64,000 bases of DNA from Chiloscyllium plagiosum (GCF_004010195.1 NC_057751.1:2882379-2946378), one strand, 5' to 3'. Positions 49,318 through 62,317 are shown, counted from the first letter of the stretch. The notes: a model not told the origin generated them from the sequence alone. Made by a program: numbers and translations.

Positions 49318-51319
49318 GAAGGCACCTATCCTCTCCCTCCCTGATATCCATCTTAAAAAGCGGTGAAGGGAACATCTCTTGTCCCATCTCCAGGCACTGG
49401 GTAAATCCTTTCAGAACCATGCTATTACATAGCTGGCATTACTGGGCTCCAGCCATAACACCTACCTGTAATGGTCACGGTTACTTGGGGAAGGGAGTTG
49501 GACTTTCTCCTGCTCCTCGGATGCTGCCCGACCAGCTGTGCTTTTCCAGTAGCACACACTTCGACCACAATGGGTTAATGCCCAGGGATCGTGAGGAATG
49601 CAGTGCTCAGAGGGTCAGGGTCTGACTGGGCGTTTCACTCTTTGAAGAAGCTCACCTCTCACCTTCACAGAATGAATCACTGACCCCTCCCAGTCCAAGA
49701 GTTGGTGCTGCCATATTTGTTTCCATTCTCTCCTTGTGATGTACGATGTGATGGAAGGCAAAGACGAGGAGACTGAGTGAGACTCAGACTCGCCCTCTCC
49801 CAAGATGACAACTCTTGTCTCCTCAACCCCATCAAGAGCCCAGCCCACCCCATCTCTGTGCATCAGCATTACCCCCCTCGTGCTAGCCCCCATACTCCAG
49901 ATCCACATGCCAGCTTTGAGAGTGCATTGTCCCCGACCGGAAGCCTGGATCATTTGCTGTCGTTCACTGCCAACAACACCTCACCCCTCCCTCTTTCTAA
50001 GTGACCCTATTCCCTCCCCTGGTCAACCACTTTCCCCCCCACCTCATTACCCACACCGTTACCCACCTTGGCGACTGGGGTACTTGCTGCATCCCAGATT
50101 CTGACTCCAATCCCCGCAGGATTGACCCCTGGTGAACCCCAACCCCGCCCTGCATTGACCTTTACTGCACGGGCTGCCCAGATTGGCTTCCTGTCGGCCG
50201 CTCCCTTCAGCATTGTAACCGGGCAGTCCTGGGCACAGTGAGAGACCAGAGTTCTGACTGAGATGTGCCCAGCTCCCCAGCAGTGAGAGCCCTGGGCCCA
50301 CACAGCTGACCACAGGCCTCACCTTGCTCGACAGTTGGGACAGCTCTCCTGATAGTGATCACCCGAGCTGGATACCTGACCATGGCCAAGACCCTGGATT
50401 CTCCCTGCACAGCAAGCCTCACCATGCTGCACATATTATCTGTCAGCAATTGACAAGCTACTGGAGGAGGCCATTCTACCCTCTGAAGGCTGACACGGTT
50501 AAATTAGATTGGACCCACCTCAATTCTCCGTGAATGTTTGCCCGGCGAAGAGGGAATTGTCTGGATTGACTCTGAATGCAGGAGTGGATTCATCATGAAT
50601 TTTGTTGTGAAGAAGGCTGACAGGAGTCCAAACATTGGCTCTGCTTTCTCTCCACACATTCTGCCAGACTTGCTGAGGTTCCCCAGTTATTTCTGTTAAT
50701 GTTTCAGATCTTCACCGCCCTCACACAGTGTCGTTTTATTTTAATGGATTGCTTGTGTTTACTTTTCCAAACAGCGCTCACTCTGTGATGATGGTGGTGG
50801 GGGGTGGGTAGTGTGGGGGAGGTGTTTCATTGACAGGTCTGAATTTAAATCTCATGCAGGAGCACACACTGCATTCTCTCCTTTTGCACAGTTTTAAAAT
50901 AATCTGCTTTTACCCTGAGGAGGTGTCATTGACCTGAATCATCTCCCCGTGTTGGGCGAGTGAAGGGCTCAGGGTGGGAACGTGGAAAAACAAACTCAAG
51001 CAAGGAATCTCGGAATACAATCACAGGCTGGTGAGACCTTGGAAATCCAAACAAGTCAGAAAGTGTTACTGTTGGCGTTGGAAAACAGGCAGGATAAACT
51101 TTCAAACTGGATCTTTGAAGACTGTGCAGTGCTGGCTGCCTTATTGGCAAAAGGATGACGAGGCATTGCAGAGGCTACAGAGTAAACACCAGAAATAGGT
51201 ATCCATTTTGGGAAAGGACTGACAGCAAGTGGTCAACTTGCTCTTAAAAAAAAAAGAAGATTGAGAGGTGACCGGATTGAACTCTTTAAAACGGTGTAAG
51301 TTATTAAAACTTCACTCCT

Positions 51320-51900
51320 GGGACTGGGCCAGGGTTTATTGCCCATCCCTAATTGCCTGGAGGGTAGTTGAGATTTGAACACTTTGCTGAGGATCTGGAG
51401 TCACATGTCGGCCAGACCAGGTAAGGATGGCAGATTTCCTTCCCTCAAGGGCATTCGTGAACCATATGGGATTTTCCCCAAAATCAATTCACAGTCATCA
51501 TTAGATTCATGGTTCCAGATTATTAGTGAATTAAAATTCCACCATCTGCCATAGCAGGCTTCGATTGAGGTCCCTGGAATATTACCTGGATCTCCAGGTT
51601 AATAATCCATCGATAATACCATAAGGCCATTGCCTATCTCCTTCAGGATTTGATCCAGTGACCAACAGTCGAATTTGAATTCAATTTGAAAAAGAAAGGA
51701 ATGAAGAGTCTAATGATGACCATGAATAGATTGTCAGGAAATTCCCACCTGGTTCACTAGTGCCCTCCCAAGAAGGAAATCTGCCATCCTTACCTGGTCT
51801 GGCCTACATGTGACAGCAGAAGTGATTGTCATTTAACTGCCCTCTGGGTAATGAAGGACGGCCTAGACAGCAACACTCCCGTCCCGTGAATGAATAAAAA
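51320..51900. mobile_element. Two SINE copies of one family in inverted orientation
   Basis: gtcacatgtcggccagaccaggtaaggatggcagatttcctt (51400-51441) is the near reverse complement of aaggaaatctgccatccttacctggtctggcctacatgtgac (51773-51814). Confidence 0.8.
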
Positions 51901-52274
51901 ACAGTTCATCGACATCTGTCAGCTTGCTTGGGCATCTGACAGAGGGTCCCAGACCCTGCTTGTGATCGTGACACAATGATTCCCAGCTGTCAATGCAAAA
52001 TGATCACCAATAAAAGTCCAGCAGGGAATTCAGAGGAACCAGCTTCCCCTGGTGTGTGCTGAGCATGGAGCCTGCAAGCGCTAGGTTCTGAACAAGGGTC
52101 ACTGATCCCAAAACATTGACTGTGCTTTCTGTCTACATCTGCTGCCAGACCTGTGGAGTTTCTCCAGCAAGTTCTGATTTTCTCCTGGGAGTGGCTGAAG
52201 TGAATTGTATTGATGCATATCAGGGGAATCTGTGCATACAGGATGAGAGAGAAGGAAATCAATGGATATGATGA

Positions 52275-52405
52275 TGTTGTGGTTGTGTTCGCCGAGCTGG
52301 GAATTTGTGTTGCAGACGTTTCGTCCCCTGTCTAGGTGACATCCTCAGTGCTTGGGAGCCTCCTGTGAAGCACTTCTGTGCTATTTCCTCCAGCATTTAT
52401 AGTGG
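52275..52405 (-). mobile_element. Family D pLTR
   Basis: Near-identical to 32921-33050. Confidence 0.9.
52312..52351 (-). ncRNA. Minimal hammerhead (family D) with GUC cleavage triplet
   Basis: GCA CUGAGGA U GUCaCCU-AGAC-AGGgGAC GAAA CG UC|UGC. Confidence 0.8.
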
Positions 52406-52653
52406 TCAGAAATGATCAGGCCACTGACTGAACTTCATTCATTACCCATGGCCTGTTCTCCATTTACCAGCTAACAACCAGGGGAGCTGAGTATGTCCAA
52501 CAACATCAGACTCTTAGAGTTTATAAAGACAGGAATTGATTTCATTGGACTAACAGCACAGAAAAATACCATTCGGCCCAACCAGTCCATGTTGGTGTTT
52601 GAGCTCTGTTTCAGCCTCCTCCATTGTTTATCACCTCATTCTATCATCATCTC

Positions 52654-53180
52654 CAAAGTTTGTGAGAAGATTTGTAGCTTGGGTGCTCATTGTTCCCATG
52701 CAAGGACTGCACGAAACACTATACAGGACAAACAGGAAGACAGCTAACGATCCGCATCCATGAACACCAACTAGCCACGAAATGACACAACCAGCTATCC
52801 TTAGTAGCCACACACGCAGACGACATGCAACATGAGTTTGACTGGGACAACACTACCATTATAGGACAATCCAAACAGAGAACAGCCAGGGAATTCCTAG
52901 AGGCATGGCGCTCATCCACAGGTTCTATCAATAAGCAGATCGACCTGGACCCAATATACCGGCCACTGCAGTGGACAGCTGGAACTGACAACCGGAAGCG
53001 GCAGGTACAAATCACTATAAATGCCGGAGGAAACATCACAGAAGTGCTTCACAGGAGGCTCCCAAGCACTGAGGGTGTCACCTAGACAGGGGACGAAAGG
53101 TCTGCAACACAAATTCCCAGCTCGGCGAACAGAACCACAACAACGAGCACCCGAGCTACAAATCTTCTCCCAAACTTTGA
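52654..53180 (+). mobile_element. Family D Penelope fragment (GIY-YIG plus pLTR) preceded by an inverted tail
   Basis: PCKDCTKHYTGQTGRQLTIRIHEHQ..HEFDWDNTTIIGQSKQRTAREFLEAW. The hammerhead at 53066-53106 has two substitutions (A9 and stem III). 52654-52694 is the reverse complement of the 3' tail. Confidence 0.92.
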
Positions 53181-54527
53181 TGACCTATCCTGAGCTCTGG
53201 TTGATCATCCCAGAGGTGGTGACATAGCTCAGTATCATGTGTTGCTCAGCAATTTGGTGCAGCGGGATGGCACTGTGTTAAAGTTGCCACGGCAGTGGAG
53301 GTTGTTGTCTTTAACTTTGGTCCCTGTCTACCCTTGACAGTACTTCCATTTAAATCTCTCCCAACCTTATCACAGCCTGTCCTGTGAACATCAGTTTGTT
53401 TTTGATGCCTGAAGCATTTGAGATAGCCAAGAACTTGTGCCAAGTAATTCAAGCCACACAGCAAAAGGGAAATTACGAGTTGAGAAATTTCACCAGTAAC
53501 TGATGTGAAGAGTGCAGTTGAAGAAGGAACCGGAACAGCACGATTTCAGCTGATTAGCCTTTGTTATTCAACCACTCATCCCGGGGAAGCCGAGTTCCTT
53601 GTTTGAAATGATTCATCTTGCTGCTGATGACAGAGTTACCAGCCAAGATCACTGTCTTCCTCCCCACTTCTTTTTGACAGGCACTTATTCAGCAGAATTA
53701 ATTTCATTTCAAAGCTCCGTCATGTATTTTGTTTGCAAAGCCAAATGTGTTTCTCACCTCAGGTTGATTTCCAATGCATTCAACAAAAACAAACCATACC
53801 CAAAAATATTTATTGGTGCTTTTCAAAAGGTGTTTGTTTCAAGCATACAAAATTCTCAGGATGCTGTTTGACAGGGAACTGAGAATGATTAAATGAGTTG
53901 CTACAGAAGGAGAGAAATGCTTCCCTCTGACAAATTGGCAATCAAACAGTTCAGGGTGATGTCAGGAAGCAGTTCTTCAAAGGTTGCTGATGGTTTCTCA
54001 ATGAAGTTGTTAAAGACACACAAGTCATGGACATTGTGTGATTGAGGACTGGGATCATATCCAGAGAGATTCAGCTGGGGCACCAGTGCAGCCAGGATGC
54101 TGTATCCTGTGACCAAGCTAATTATCACAGAAAAGGGTTGTACCTGTTTCCTATTTCACTGTCCGCTTTGGGCCCATCTAACTGAGGGGAGGGGAAATCT
54201 GGAACACTTCCCCCACCGTCACCACACACACACACACACGGAGATACAGCAGACATAAAACATTGTAATTCTGAAGGGCAATTAAACATTCAAAATGTTT
54301 TGTTGGATGAGGATGTTCCAGGTTCCGGGATCAAGGCAATGTGGATGGGTCTGAATTGCAATTGTCACTTTGTTGGACAGAATGTGACTCTTGCTGCAGA
54401 GAGTGGTGCTGCCAAAGATTTTTAACCTGCACTCGACAGGACAAATACAGGCATGCCAAATTGCGAACAGTCACAGCAATAAACACTGCAGGAACAGTTT
54501 TCATCTTTTAAATGGACTTTAAATTGT

Positions 54528-54782
54528 TGAGTCAAAAAGTGTGGCGCTGAAAAACTACAGGCAGTCAGGCAGTATCTGAGGAGCAGGAGAGTCGACGTTA
54601 CGGGCGTATGCCCTTCATCAGGAATGTGGGTGGGTGGGGGGCTTCCAAGGGGTCTGAGAGATACATGGGAGGGGGATGCAGCCGGGGGGCAGGTAGCTTG
54701 CAATGTGGTAGGTAGATGCAGGCGGGGGGGGGGTGATGGTGACAGGTTGGAGTGGAGGGTGGAGTGGACAGGTGGGAAGTTT
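54528..54782 (-). mobile_element. Family B pLTR with C-rich 3' UTR
   Basis: Minus strand cacattcCTGATGAagggcatacgcccGTAAcgtcga; GAAA is mutated. Confidence 0.8.
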
Positions 54783-55129
54783 GAGCCTGGGTGAAATTTG
54801 ACATTGTTGCATTTGTCCTGTTGAGTGAAAGTCTGCAAGGTGGAACAGGAGCAGGGGTTGAATGACCTTCTCCTCCTGTTTCTGTATTCCTTGAAGCTCC
54901 CAAACTGAGGTGAGTACAAATCGATGAAGTCACAGATTTGCTTGTGAAATCTGTGGCCAAATGAGTTCAATGACACATCAGGACTCCTGTTCACTGGGTA
55001 ATTTGCAAAGCACTGAATGTTTTACTGATCACTGGGATGTGGCATTAGTCAGATTCTCACCCGAGTGCAAACTGTGCAGGCTTAACACTGACAAAGATAT
55101 ATTCAGTGTGGGCTTGTGAGGTGGTTGGT

Positions 55130-56050
55130 TCCTTTGGGAAAGATTGCCTTAGCTTGGGCAGGACTTATACACTTAATGGTAAGGTCCGAGGGAGTGTTGC
55201 TGAACAAAGAGACCTTGCAGTGCAGATTCATAGCTCCTTGAAAGTAGATAGGATATGTATTTGGGAGAAAGTGAGGGCTGCAGATGCTGGAGATCAGAGC
55301 TGAAAATGTGTTGCTGGAAAAGCGCAGCAGGTCAGGCAGCATCCAAGGAACAGGAGAATCGACGTTTCGGGCATAAGCCCTTCTTCCTGAAGAAGGGCTT
55401 ATGCCCAAAACGTCGATTCTCCTGTTCCTTGGATGCTGCCTGACCTGCTGCGCTTTTCCAGCAGGATATGTATTTGGGTATGCTTTCCTTTCTTGGTCAG
55501 AGTATTGAGTACAGGAGTTGGGAGGTCATGTTGTGTCTGTACAGGACATTAGTCAGGCCACTTTTGGAATATTGCATTCAGTTCTGGTTTCCCTCCTATC
55601 AGAAGGATGTTGTGAAACTTGAAAGGGTTCAGAAAAGATTTACAAGGATGTTGCCAGGGTTGGAGGGTTTGAGCTCGAGGGAGAGGCTGAACAGGCTGGG
55701 GCTGTTTTCCCTGGAGCGTTGGAGGCTGGGGGGTGACGTTATAGAGGTTCATAAAATCATGAGGCGCATGGATAGGATAAATAGACAAGGTCTTTTCCCC
55801 GGGGTGGTGGAGTCCAGAACTAGAGGGTGAGAGGGGCAAGATTTAAAAGGGACCTAAGGGGCAACGTTTTCACACAGAGGGTGGTGCGTGTATGGAATGA
55901 GCTGCCAGAGGAAGTGGTGGAGGCTGGTACAGTTACAGCATTTAAAAGGCATCTGGATGGGTATATGAATAGGAAGGGTTAAGGGGGATATGGGCCAAAT
56001 GCTGGCAAATGGGACTAGATTTATGTAATATACCTTGCTGGCATGGACAG
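55130..56050 (+). mobile_element. CR1 3' fragment interrupted by a Penelope fold-back
   Basis: GRTYTLNGKV..QRDLA and LYRTLVRPLLEYCIQFW. Confidence 0.92.
55266..55462. mobile_element. Family B fold-back with 16-bp TSD
   Basis: aggatatgtatttggg at 55250-65 and 55463-78. Confidence 0.93.
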
Positions 56051-58169
56051 GTTTATCAGAAAACAGTGCCATCAATGAGAAGGAAAGAGTGTCAGCATTG
56101 ACATTGCTGCTCATGTATTATCAGACTTACATGTGCACAGTTACCATGAAACCTCATTGTCGGGTAGCCCATTTCTGATTTCGTCAGACATCAAATGGTG
56201 TGGCTGTGTCAGGGGGAGGCCCTTTATTAGTTTGAGATCTCCACATTTGAATGAACATAATAAAAAGCCGTAGACAATATGGTGCTTGACACAGGGATTA
56301 GGATGTAACTGGGTTAGGATTCTGAATGATGCTTACTTTCTCTGGAATCACGTTACAGGAGACAGAGTCGAGAGGGCAGTAGATCTCAATGAACAGCTTC
56401 AGTCACGTCTTTCGAAATTATTTCCACCACCTTTTCCAGAGCAATGCACAAGTTGAGAGGGGGAAACCCAATGGAGTGTCAAGACAAAGATAACCCTCTG
56501 TTAAATTGGACAGGTTGGGGCTTAGGATTTCAGGTGGGTCAGTCATGCCAAGTGCAATGGTTGTCTGGTGGGCCTTGACAAAGTGTTAAATGCAGGTGGT
56601 GGCATCTTGAATGAGCAGAGATAACTGGCCAGGAAATAACGTTGCCATTGCTGATTCGATCAAGAGGAAACACAGATTTGCCCACAAATGTTTTCACCCA
56701 ACGTTTTGTCTCCAGTTCCAGAAGAAACTCAGGAAATCAGGGATGCTGGAAGAGCAGTGGAGATGATGGAGTGAACGTGAGAGCAATGAGACAGACCAAT
56801 GAGAGGACAATAATGGGATTGAATCAATGAATGAGAATGATGGATTATACCTCAAGGTTTTCATACTGCCTCTTACTCACCTCTTCCAATGATTAATTCA
56901 TACAAGTTTGACAAATCATCAGACAGTGGTAAACAATGAGTGGGTGTGTGCAGTCATGAGTTCCAGCAACTTGGACTCCAGCACATTGTTGATTTACAGA
57001 CTGATGTCCTGTGGTGTCTCAGTCCAGCAGATTCTGAACAATTGTTAATTGTTGCAGCGAACGTGCCTGAAGATGGGTTGGTTTAGTGTAACAGTCTGTG
57101 GGTTTAACACAGTGTCTGCACTTGTGTGGTGCCTCTCACATCGTGAGCCATCTCAAGTGTTCTGGAAGAACACAACCAAACAGACTTGGGACATGGAGTT
57201 CCATGAAGCTGGGATTGAGTCTCACTCCCAGAACAGACAAGCCCACTGTAAACACTCCTGTTAAATAGGAGCACCAACTCTTCTTTGTACCTCTACCTGA
57301 GTGAGTGAGAGATCGAATGTTATTTACATGATGGTCACATCTGTGGACATGGCTCAGCAGTGAGCAACACTTCTTGCTAATCCATTCACCGTTTAGACCA
57401 CTCTCAGAGCGCTGAAGCACAGAGATTTGTTGAGTTTTTCAGCTCCCAGTCACCATATTTAAATGAGGGAGCAAGCTGCAAATGCCTGAGAAGACCCTGG
57501 AGTTAACTGCTCACTGAAGTGTATGCACACTTGGGTAATTTGGGTTGGCTTTCTCCAGACCTAATTTAGCTTGTCATTCATCGTCGGCATTGAATTTGAA
57601 GTCTCAGTTTAAATCCCATAATTGCCAGTATGAAGGAGATATTTTTCAAGAGTCCAGTAAAAGACCTGCTCGGGTAAGAACAAGCTGAAGCTGGACCATC
57701 ATCAAGTGTCTCAAGTAGGTGTCTTGTATTTGCAACATATGTAAGTCATCCACTGAGCACCGACTGTGACTTACAACAGGGAGCTGGGACTGAGCACTTC
57801 AGGGAGTTATGCACAGCAAGGAAAAGAAGTCTTCAGCTGCTGTTACCTCATCTTTTCAGCCTCCCAAGAGTTGACTGCTCAGGAGAAGAAGCTGGTTCAT
57901 AGGTACGTGTCTGAATCAGGTTTATTCTATTCCTGAGGCTCAAAATGGTGTCATTTCAACAAGTGGTTTGCGGCAGAGGTGAGAAAGCAGAGATGGACGG
58001 GCCAACTGGATTGAGGCCGGTGGTGTGGCAAAGCACAGGATGATTCGGGTGCAGGGAACAAAGCTGATGGATGAGTATTTTGAGTCTTCAAAATGGAAGT
58101 AAGGCCCTCAGGTTATGATCAAGTCTTGAGTTTTTTCTTTTTCTGAATACTCAAATTCCCATGAAATGA

Positions 58170-59105
58170 AAAGCATGGGTGGGGATAATTCGAGTGAAGA
58201 GAGTGGGGCTCTGAGAGCAGTGAATGAATGGCTAAAATTTTGCGGTGAAGACAGGAGAAAGTTCAGTGTTCCCCACCCACCCAATGCCAGGGTGAAACAC
58301 ATCTTCTCAGTGCAGAGGGGAACATGGAATGGCAGGGAAGGAACCCAGTTATCACCATCAATTACTGGTGGCAAGAACATTGATAGGGTGAGAAAGGAGA
58401 TCCTGCTAAAAGATTTTGGATAGAGAGAAGCAAAATTAAATGTCAGAATGTCTGTGGTAATAATCTCAGGGTTATTCGCTGAGCCAAAGGCAAACTGCGA
58501 TCAGATAAATCTAGCCAAGGAGTGAAATGTTTGGCTCAAAGATTGGTGAGGGAGGAATATGTTTCAATCCATGGGCACTGGCACCAGTACTGGGCCAGAA
58601 GGGAGCTGTTCCAGTAGGACAGGCTTAACCTGAACACGTCCTGGTGAATCAAATAATGAGGGCTGTACAGAGGAGTTAGAGAGACAGGGGGAGGGTTCAG
58701 GTAAGGAGAAACAGAACCCTCCAAACCAACAGCATGTGACAGCATCACAGAGCAGGTATTAGCATAATGATACCCAGAGTGGGACAGGAAGGAACAGAGC
58801 ATACAAATGGAGAGAAACACCTGCAATTAGGTTTCAAAAGTAAAAATAGTCAAAAAGAAAGATTGGTGGCTGTTAAATGCACGTATTATCTGGAACAAAA
58901 TAAATGAATTAATGGCAAAATAGAGGTTAAAGGGTGTGATGTCATAGCCATTATGGAGACCTGGTTACTCAGAGCTCAAAGCTGGGAATGAAATATTCAG
59001 GTCTATGGGAATTTTCGGAAAGGGCAGGCATGAAGGAAGAGGTGATGGGGTAGCTCTCTTCGGGCAAGTGTAAATAAGGACAACAGCAAGAATTGATCTT
59101 GGATC
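58170..59105 (+). mobile_element. 5' part of an old CR1: ORF1 SGNH esterase remnant plus start of the ORF2 APE domain
   Basis: PNARVKHI..GKNIDRVRKEILLKDF, VIISGLFAEP, GHWHQYWARRELFQ*DRLNLN (DGLHLN-like), then NARII.NKINEL and DVIAIMETWL. Confidence 0.75.
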
Positions 59106-59149
59106 AGAATCATACAATCCCTACTGTGCAAGCCTGGCTGTAACCCTGG

Positions 59150-59433
59150 AATCAAATGGCTTAGAAAGGGTGGATGCTGGGAAATAGTTTCTATCAGGCG
59201 GGGATACGAGGACTCGTGGGCACAGCCTTAGGATTAGAGGGGGTTGATTTAAAACGGAAATGAGGAGACATTTCTTCAGCCAGAGAGTGGTGGGCCTGTG
59301 GAATTCACTGCCATGGAGCGCAGTGGAGGCCGGGATGTTAAACGTCTTCAAGGCAGAGATTGATAAATTCCTAATCTCACAAGGAATGAAGGGCTATGGG
59401 GAGAGTGCAAGTAAGTGCCGTTGAAATGCCCAT
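59150..59433 (+). mobile_element. CR1 3' fragment
   Basis: TRGHSLRIRG..EMRRHFFSQRVVGLWNSLP read directly from the sequence. Confidence 0.85.
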
Positions 59434-59722
59434 CATAGAATCATAGAATCCCTACAGTGTGGAAACAGGCCCTTCGTCCCAACAAGTCCATACTGACCCT
59501 CTGAAGAGTGTCCTACCCAAACCCATTCTCTTCCTCATGATTCTACCTTTACCTCTGACTAATGCACTCACCTACACATCCCTGAACACTATGGATAATT
59601 TAGCGTGGCCAATTCACCCAACCTGCACATCTTCGGACTGTGGGAGGAAACCGGAGCACCCAGAGGAAATCCACGCAGGCTCCACACAGACAGTCACCCA
59701 AAGGTGGGATCGAACCTGGGTA
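59434..59722 (-). mobile_element. HE1-type V-SINE, 5'-truncated
   Basis: Reverse complement of the 40718 family; tail gattctatgattctatg; B box ggttcgatccc. Confidence 0.85.
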
Positions 59723-59879
59723 CCTGTCCCTGGGAGTCATCAAAGCAGTGACTTAAAACTACATCCTCGTACAGAAAAAGTCAAGTAAAACTGAGCAGAC
59801 TTTCGAACAAATATGAGGAAAATGTCAAGAAGTAATCAGAAAAAATCAGTAAGGTCAATAAAAAAACACTCCTGAATGA

Positions 59880-60150
59880 AGGGGAAAGGAGACAGGGAGG
59901 GATAGAGAGAGAGAGAGAGAGAGAGAGCAAGGAGAGGGGGATATGGGAGCATGAAAGGGAGAGAGGAAAGACAGAGAAATAAAAATCAAGAGGTGCAAGA
60001 GAGAGCCCCGATCTAAACCAGACACACAGCAAAAACAGAGGGAGATCGAGAAATAAACGGTAGAGTCAGAGAGATAGAGAACCACGTGAGACAAAGAGAG
60101 GGACAAGATGAAAGACATTGGGACAAACAGAGAAAGAGAGAGAGAGAGGA
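59880..60150. repeat. GA-rich low-complexity tract with (GA)n
   Basis: Visible purine-rich run. Confidence 0.85.
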
Positions 60151-62022
60151 GATTCTCCTCAGAGTCAGTAAACCTTAGTGACTGTGAGAAAGGTTACTGC
60201 CAGTGTCAGTGAAGGAGCTGAGCACCAGGAGGATGAGGAGCTTCACGTTGAGGCTGAGCTGAGAAGTCAGTCAGAGGGAGGTTTCTGTGGAGGGACACTG
60301 ACTGTCTCCCAATTCCTGCTTCCTCCACACAGTGAGCAGAGAAAACCCTCAGTCATGATTGAATGGCCTTACTTACACTCTTATTTCTTATGGGACCAAT
60401 CTATTTTGGATCTGATAATATGCAATGAGTCAGGCTTAATAAATCATCAGAAATTAAAAGGCCTCTAAGGAAACAATGATTTGAAGAAAGTACGGTTGAG
60501 TGAACGGCAATATTGGTCAGAGTGAGGATGAGCTTGGCACGTGGAGGAGGGTGCTGATGGATGGGCATGATTCAGGAAGGAGCAGAGAGCCCAGAGACCA
60601 TCCTAATGGGGGAATGGAGATCAAAATGGACAGGACATCTGCTAACTGGAACCTGCTAACTGGAAATTCGGACATTGATGTCAACCTTCAGAAGAATTGC
60701 AGATACAGTGGGATCTTGTGGATTTTGAGGAGAAATGAGAAGCGAGCTGCATACGTTTGGGGAAGGATGAGCTGAGAGGCTCTGGGGCACAGATCCCCAG
60801 GTGAGATGAGGGTTGTGACATCTTGGTGACTGTCGTAGACAGAATGACTTGATGCTGGATGATGGGGTCATGGTCCGGGGGGAGATGGGAGGAGATAGCT
60901 GAGAGCTGGTGCTTCAGGTCAGTACGCCAGACGACAGCAGCATCACCCTTGTAGACCAGGCTTAATAACAAAGTCAGGGTGGGATCGGAGAGCACCGTTC
61001 GGGAGAAGATTGTTTGGGATGGGCAACGGGGGTGGAGGTGGAGGGTAGAGAAATCAAGGCAACTGATGTCACAACAATGGTTCCCCAGCTACAGGTCATG
61101 TGCAGGTAACAGCCAGAGGGAGAGTTCTAAATGGAAGGAGAGTGTTGGGGGCAGGGAAGGGGTCTGTGGGACTGGGAAAGGTCTCTCTCCACTTGAATGG
61201 CTGTGGAGGTGACAGAAGAAGAAGTCAACATCACGTCACGCCCGAAACCCATTGAGGCCGGAGCAGAGAGTGATAAAACAAAGACCTTTGCTGAGTACGG
61301 AACATGCAGCGTCAGAAAGCGGAAGATCAGAAGGGGTAGTAAATACCCATTTGAGCTTGGTAGTGGAACTCCAGCCAATGGCAGCTCAGCTCCTAAGGCA
61401 AGCTGCATTCACTCCAACAGCCACTGCCATGCCAGAGAGAGAGCTATCAATGTAAACACCATCTAAACCAACATGAAGAGTTGATGCCTCTCCATCAGGT
61501 CCTTGGGTGAGGGATTGAAGCCACTGATCTGATTCACATTGAGCAGTTATGGCTGCTGCTCTCGCCTTGACAGTGGTTGAGAGCATCGTGTCAGCTGCAC
61601 AGGCAGTGAGGAATGACACACAATGTCAGACGTTGGTTGATGAATTTATAATGGTCTTCCCACAGGGCCATCTGCTCTCTGGTTCCACCTCCACCTTCCC
61701 CCGTTGGGTTTCCTCATTTATTCAGGAAGACAACTTTGCCAGGACTCTGGGCGCCTGTTCTCGTTTAACACTGTTACTCGGAACTGCTCGTTCATCTCAG
61801 CTCGCTCAATGACATCTCACAGGTTTACAAATCTCACTCCAAGTCGGACCGTTCTGTGATAGCCAGGAACCCAGGTGCAAATTAATGTTGTTCCCCTTCA
61901 TTCCTGACCGATTCCCAGTCTGATCCGGACTGACCACAGTCACATGCTGGACTTTCCTTGAAATTCCCGTCCTGCACTCTGGGGAGTGAGCTCTCCTTGT
62001 CTCTGGTCAGTGCCCTTCTCCG

Positions 62023-62155
62023 AGGGGTTTGATGGATATGGGCCGGGTGCTGGCAGGTGGGACTAGATCAGGTTGGGATAGCTGGTCGGCATGGACGGGT
62101 TGGACCGAAGGGTCTGTTTCCGTGCTGTACATCTCTATGACTCTATGATTCTATG
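62023..62155 (+). mobile_element. CR1 3' tail
   Basis: Matches 39870-39993; ends ctatgactctatgattctatg. Confidence 0.88.
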
Positions 62156-62186
62156 TCACCGTTGTCGAACTGTTAATGCTGTCGAG

Positions 62187-62317
62187 GTAAAAACAATGAC
62201 TGCAGATGCTGGAAACCAGATTCTGGATTAGAGTGGTGCTGGAAGAGCACAGCAGTTCAGGCAACATCCGAGGAGCAGCAAAATCAATATTTCGGGCAAA
62301 GGCCCTTTGTCAGGAAT
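62187..62317 (-). mobile_element. Family B pLTR, subfamily of 15481-15610
   Basis: gtaaaaacaatgactgcagatgctggaaaccagattctggattagagtggtgctggaa is the reverse complement of 15551-15608. Confidence 0.88.

Noticed and set aside
55385..55415. Active hammerhead in the 55266 fold-back
   Set aside because: The plus arm has AAAA instead of GAAA and the minus arm lacks the CUGA core.
56875..56960. Minus-strand exon with kinase-like LYELIIGR and a strong donor
   Set aside because: In-frame stop upstream with no AG acceptor in between; the other frames are closed.
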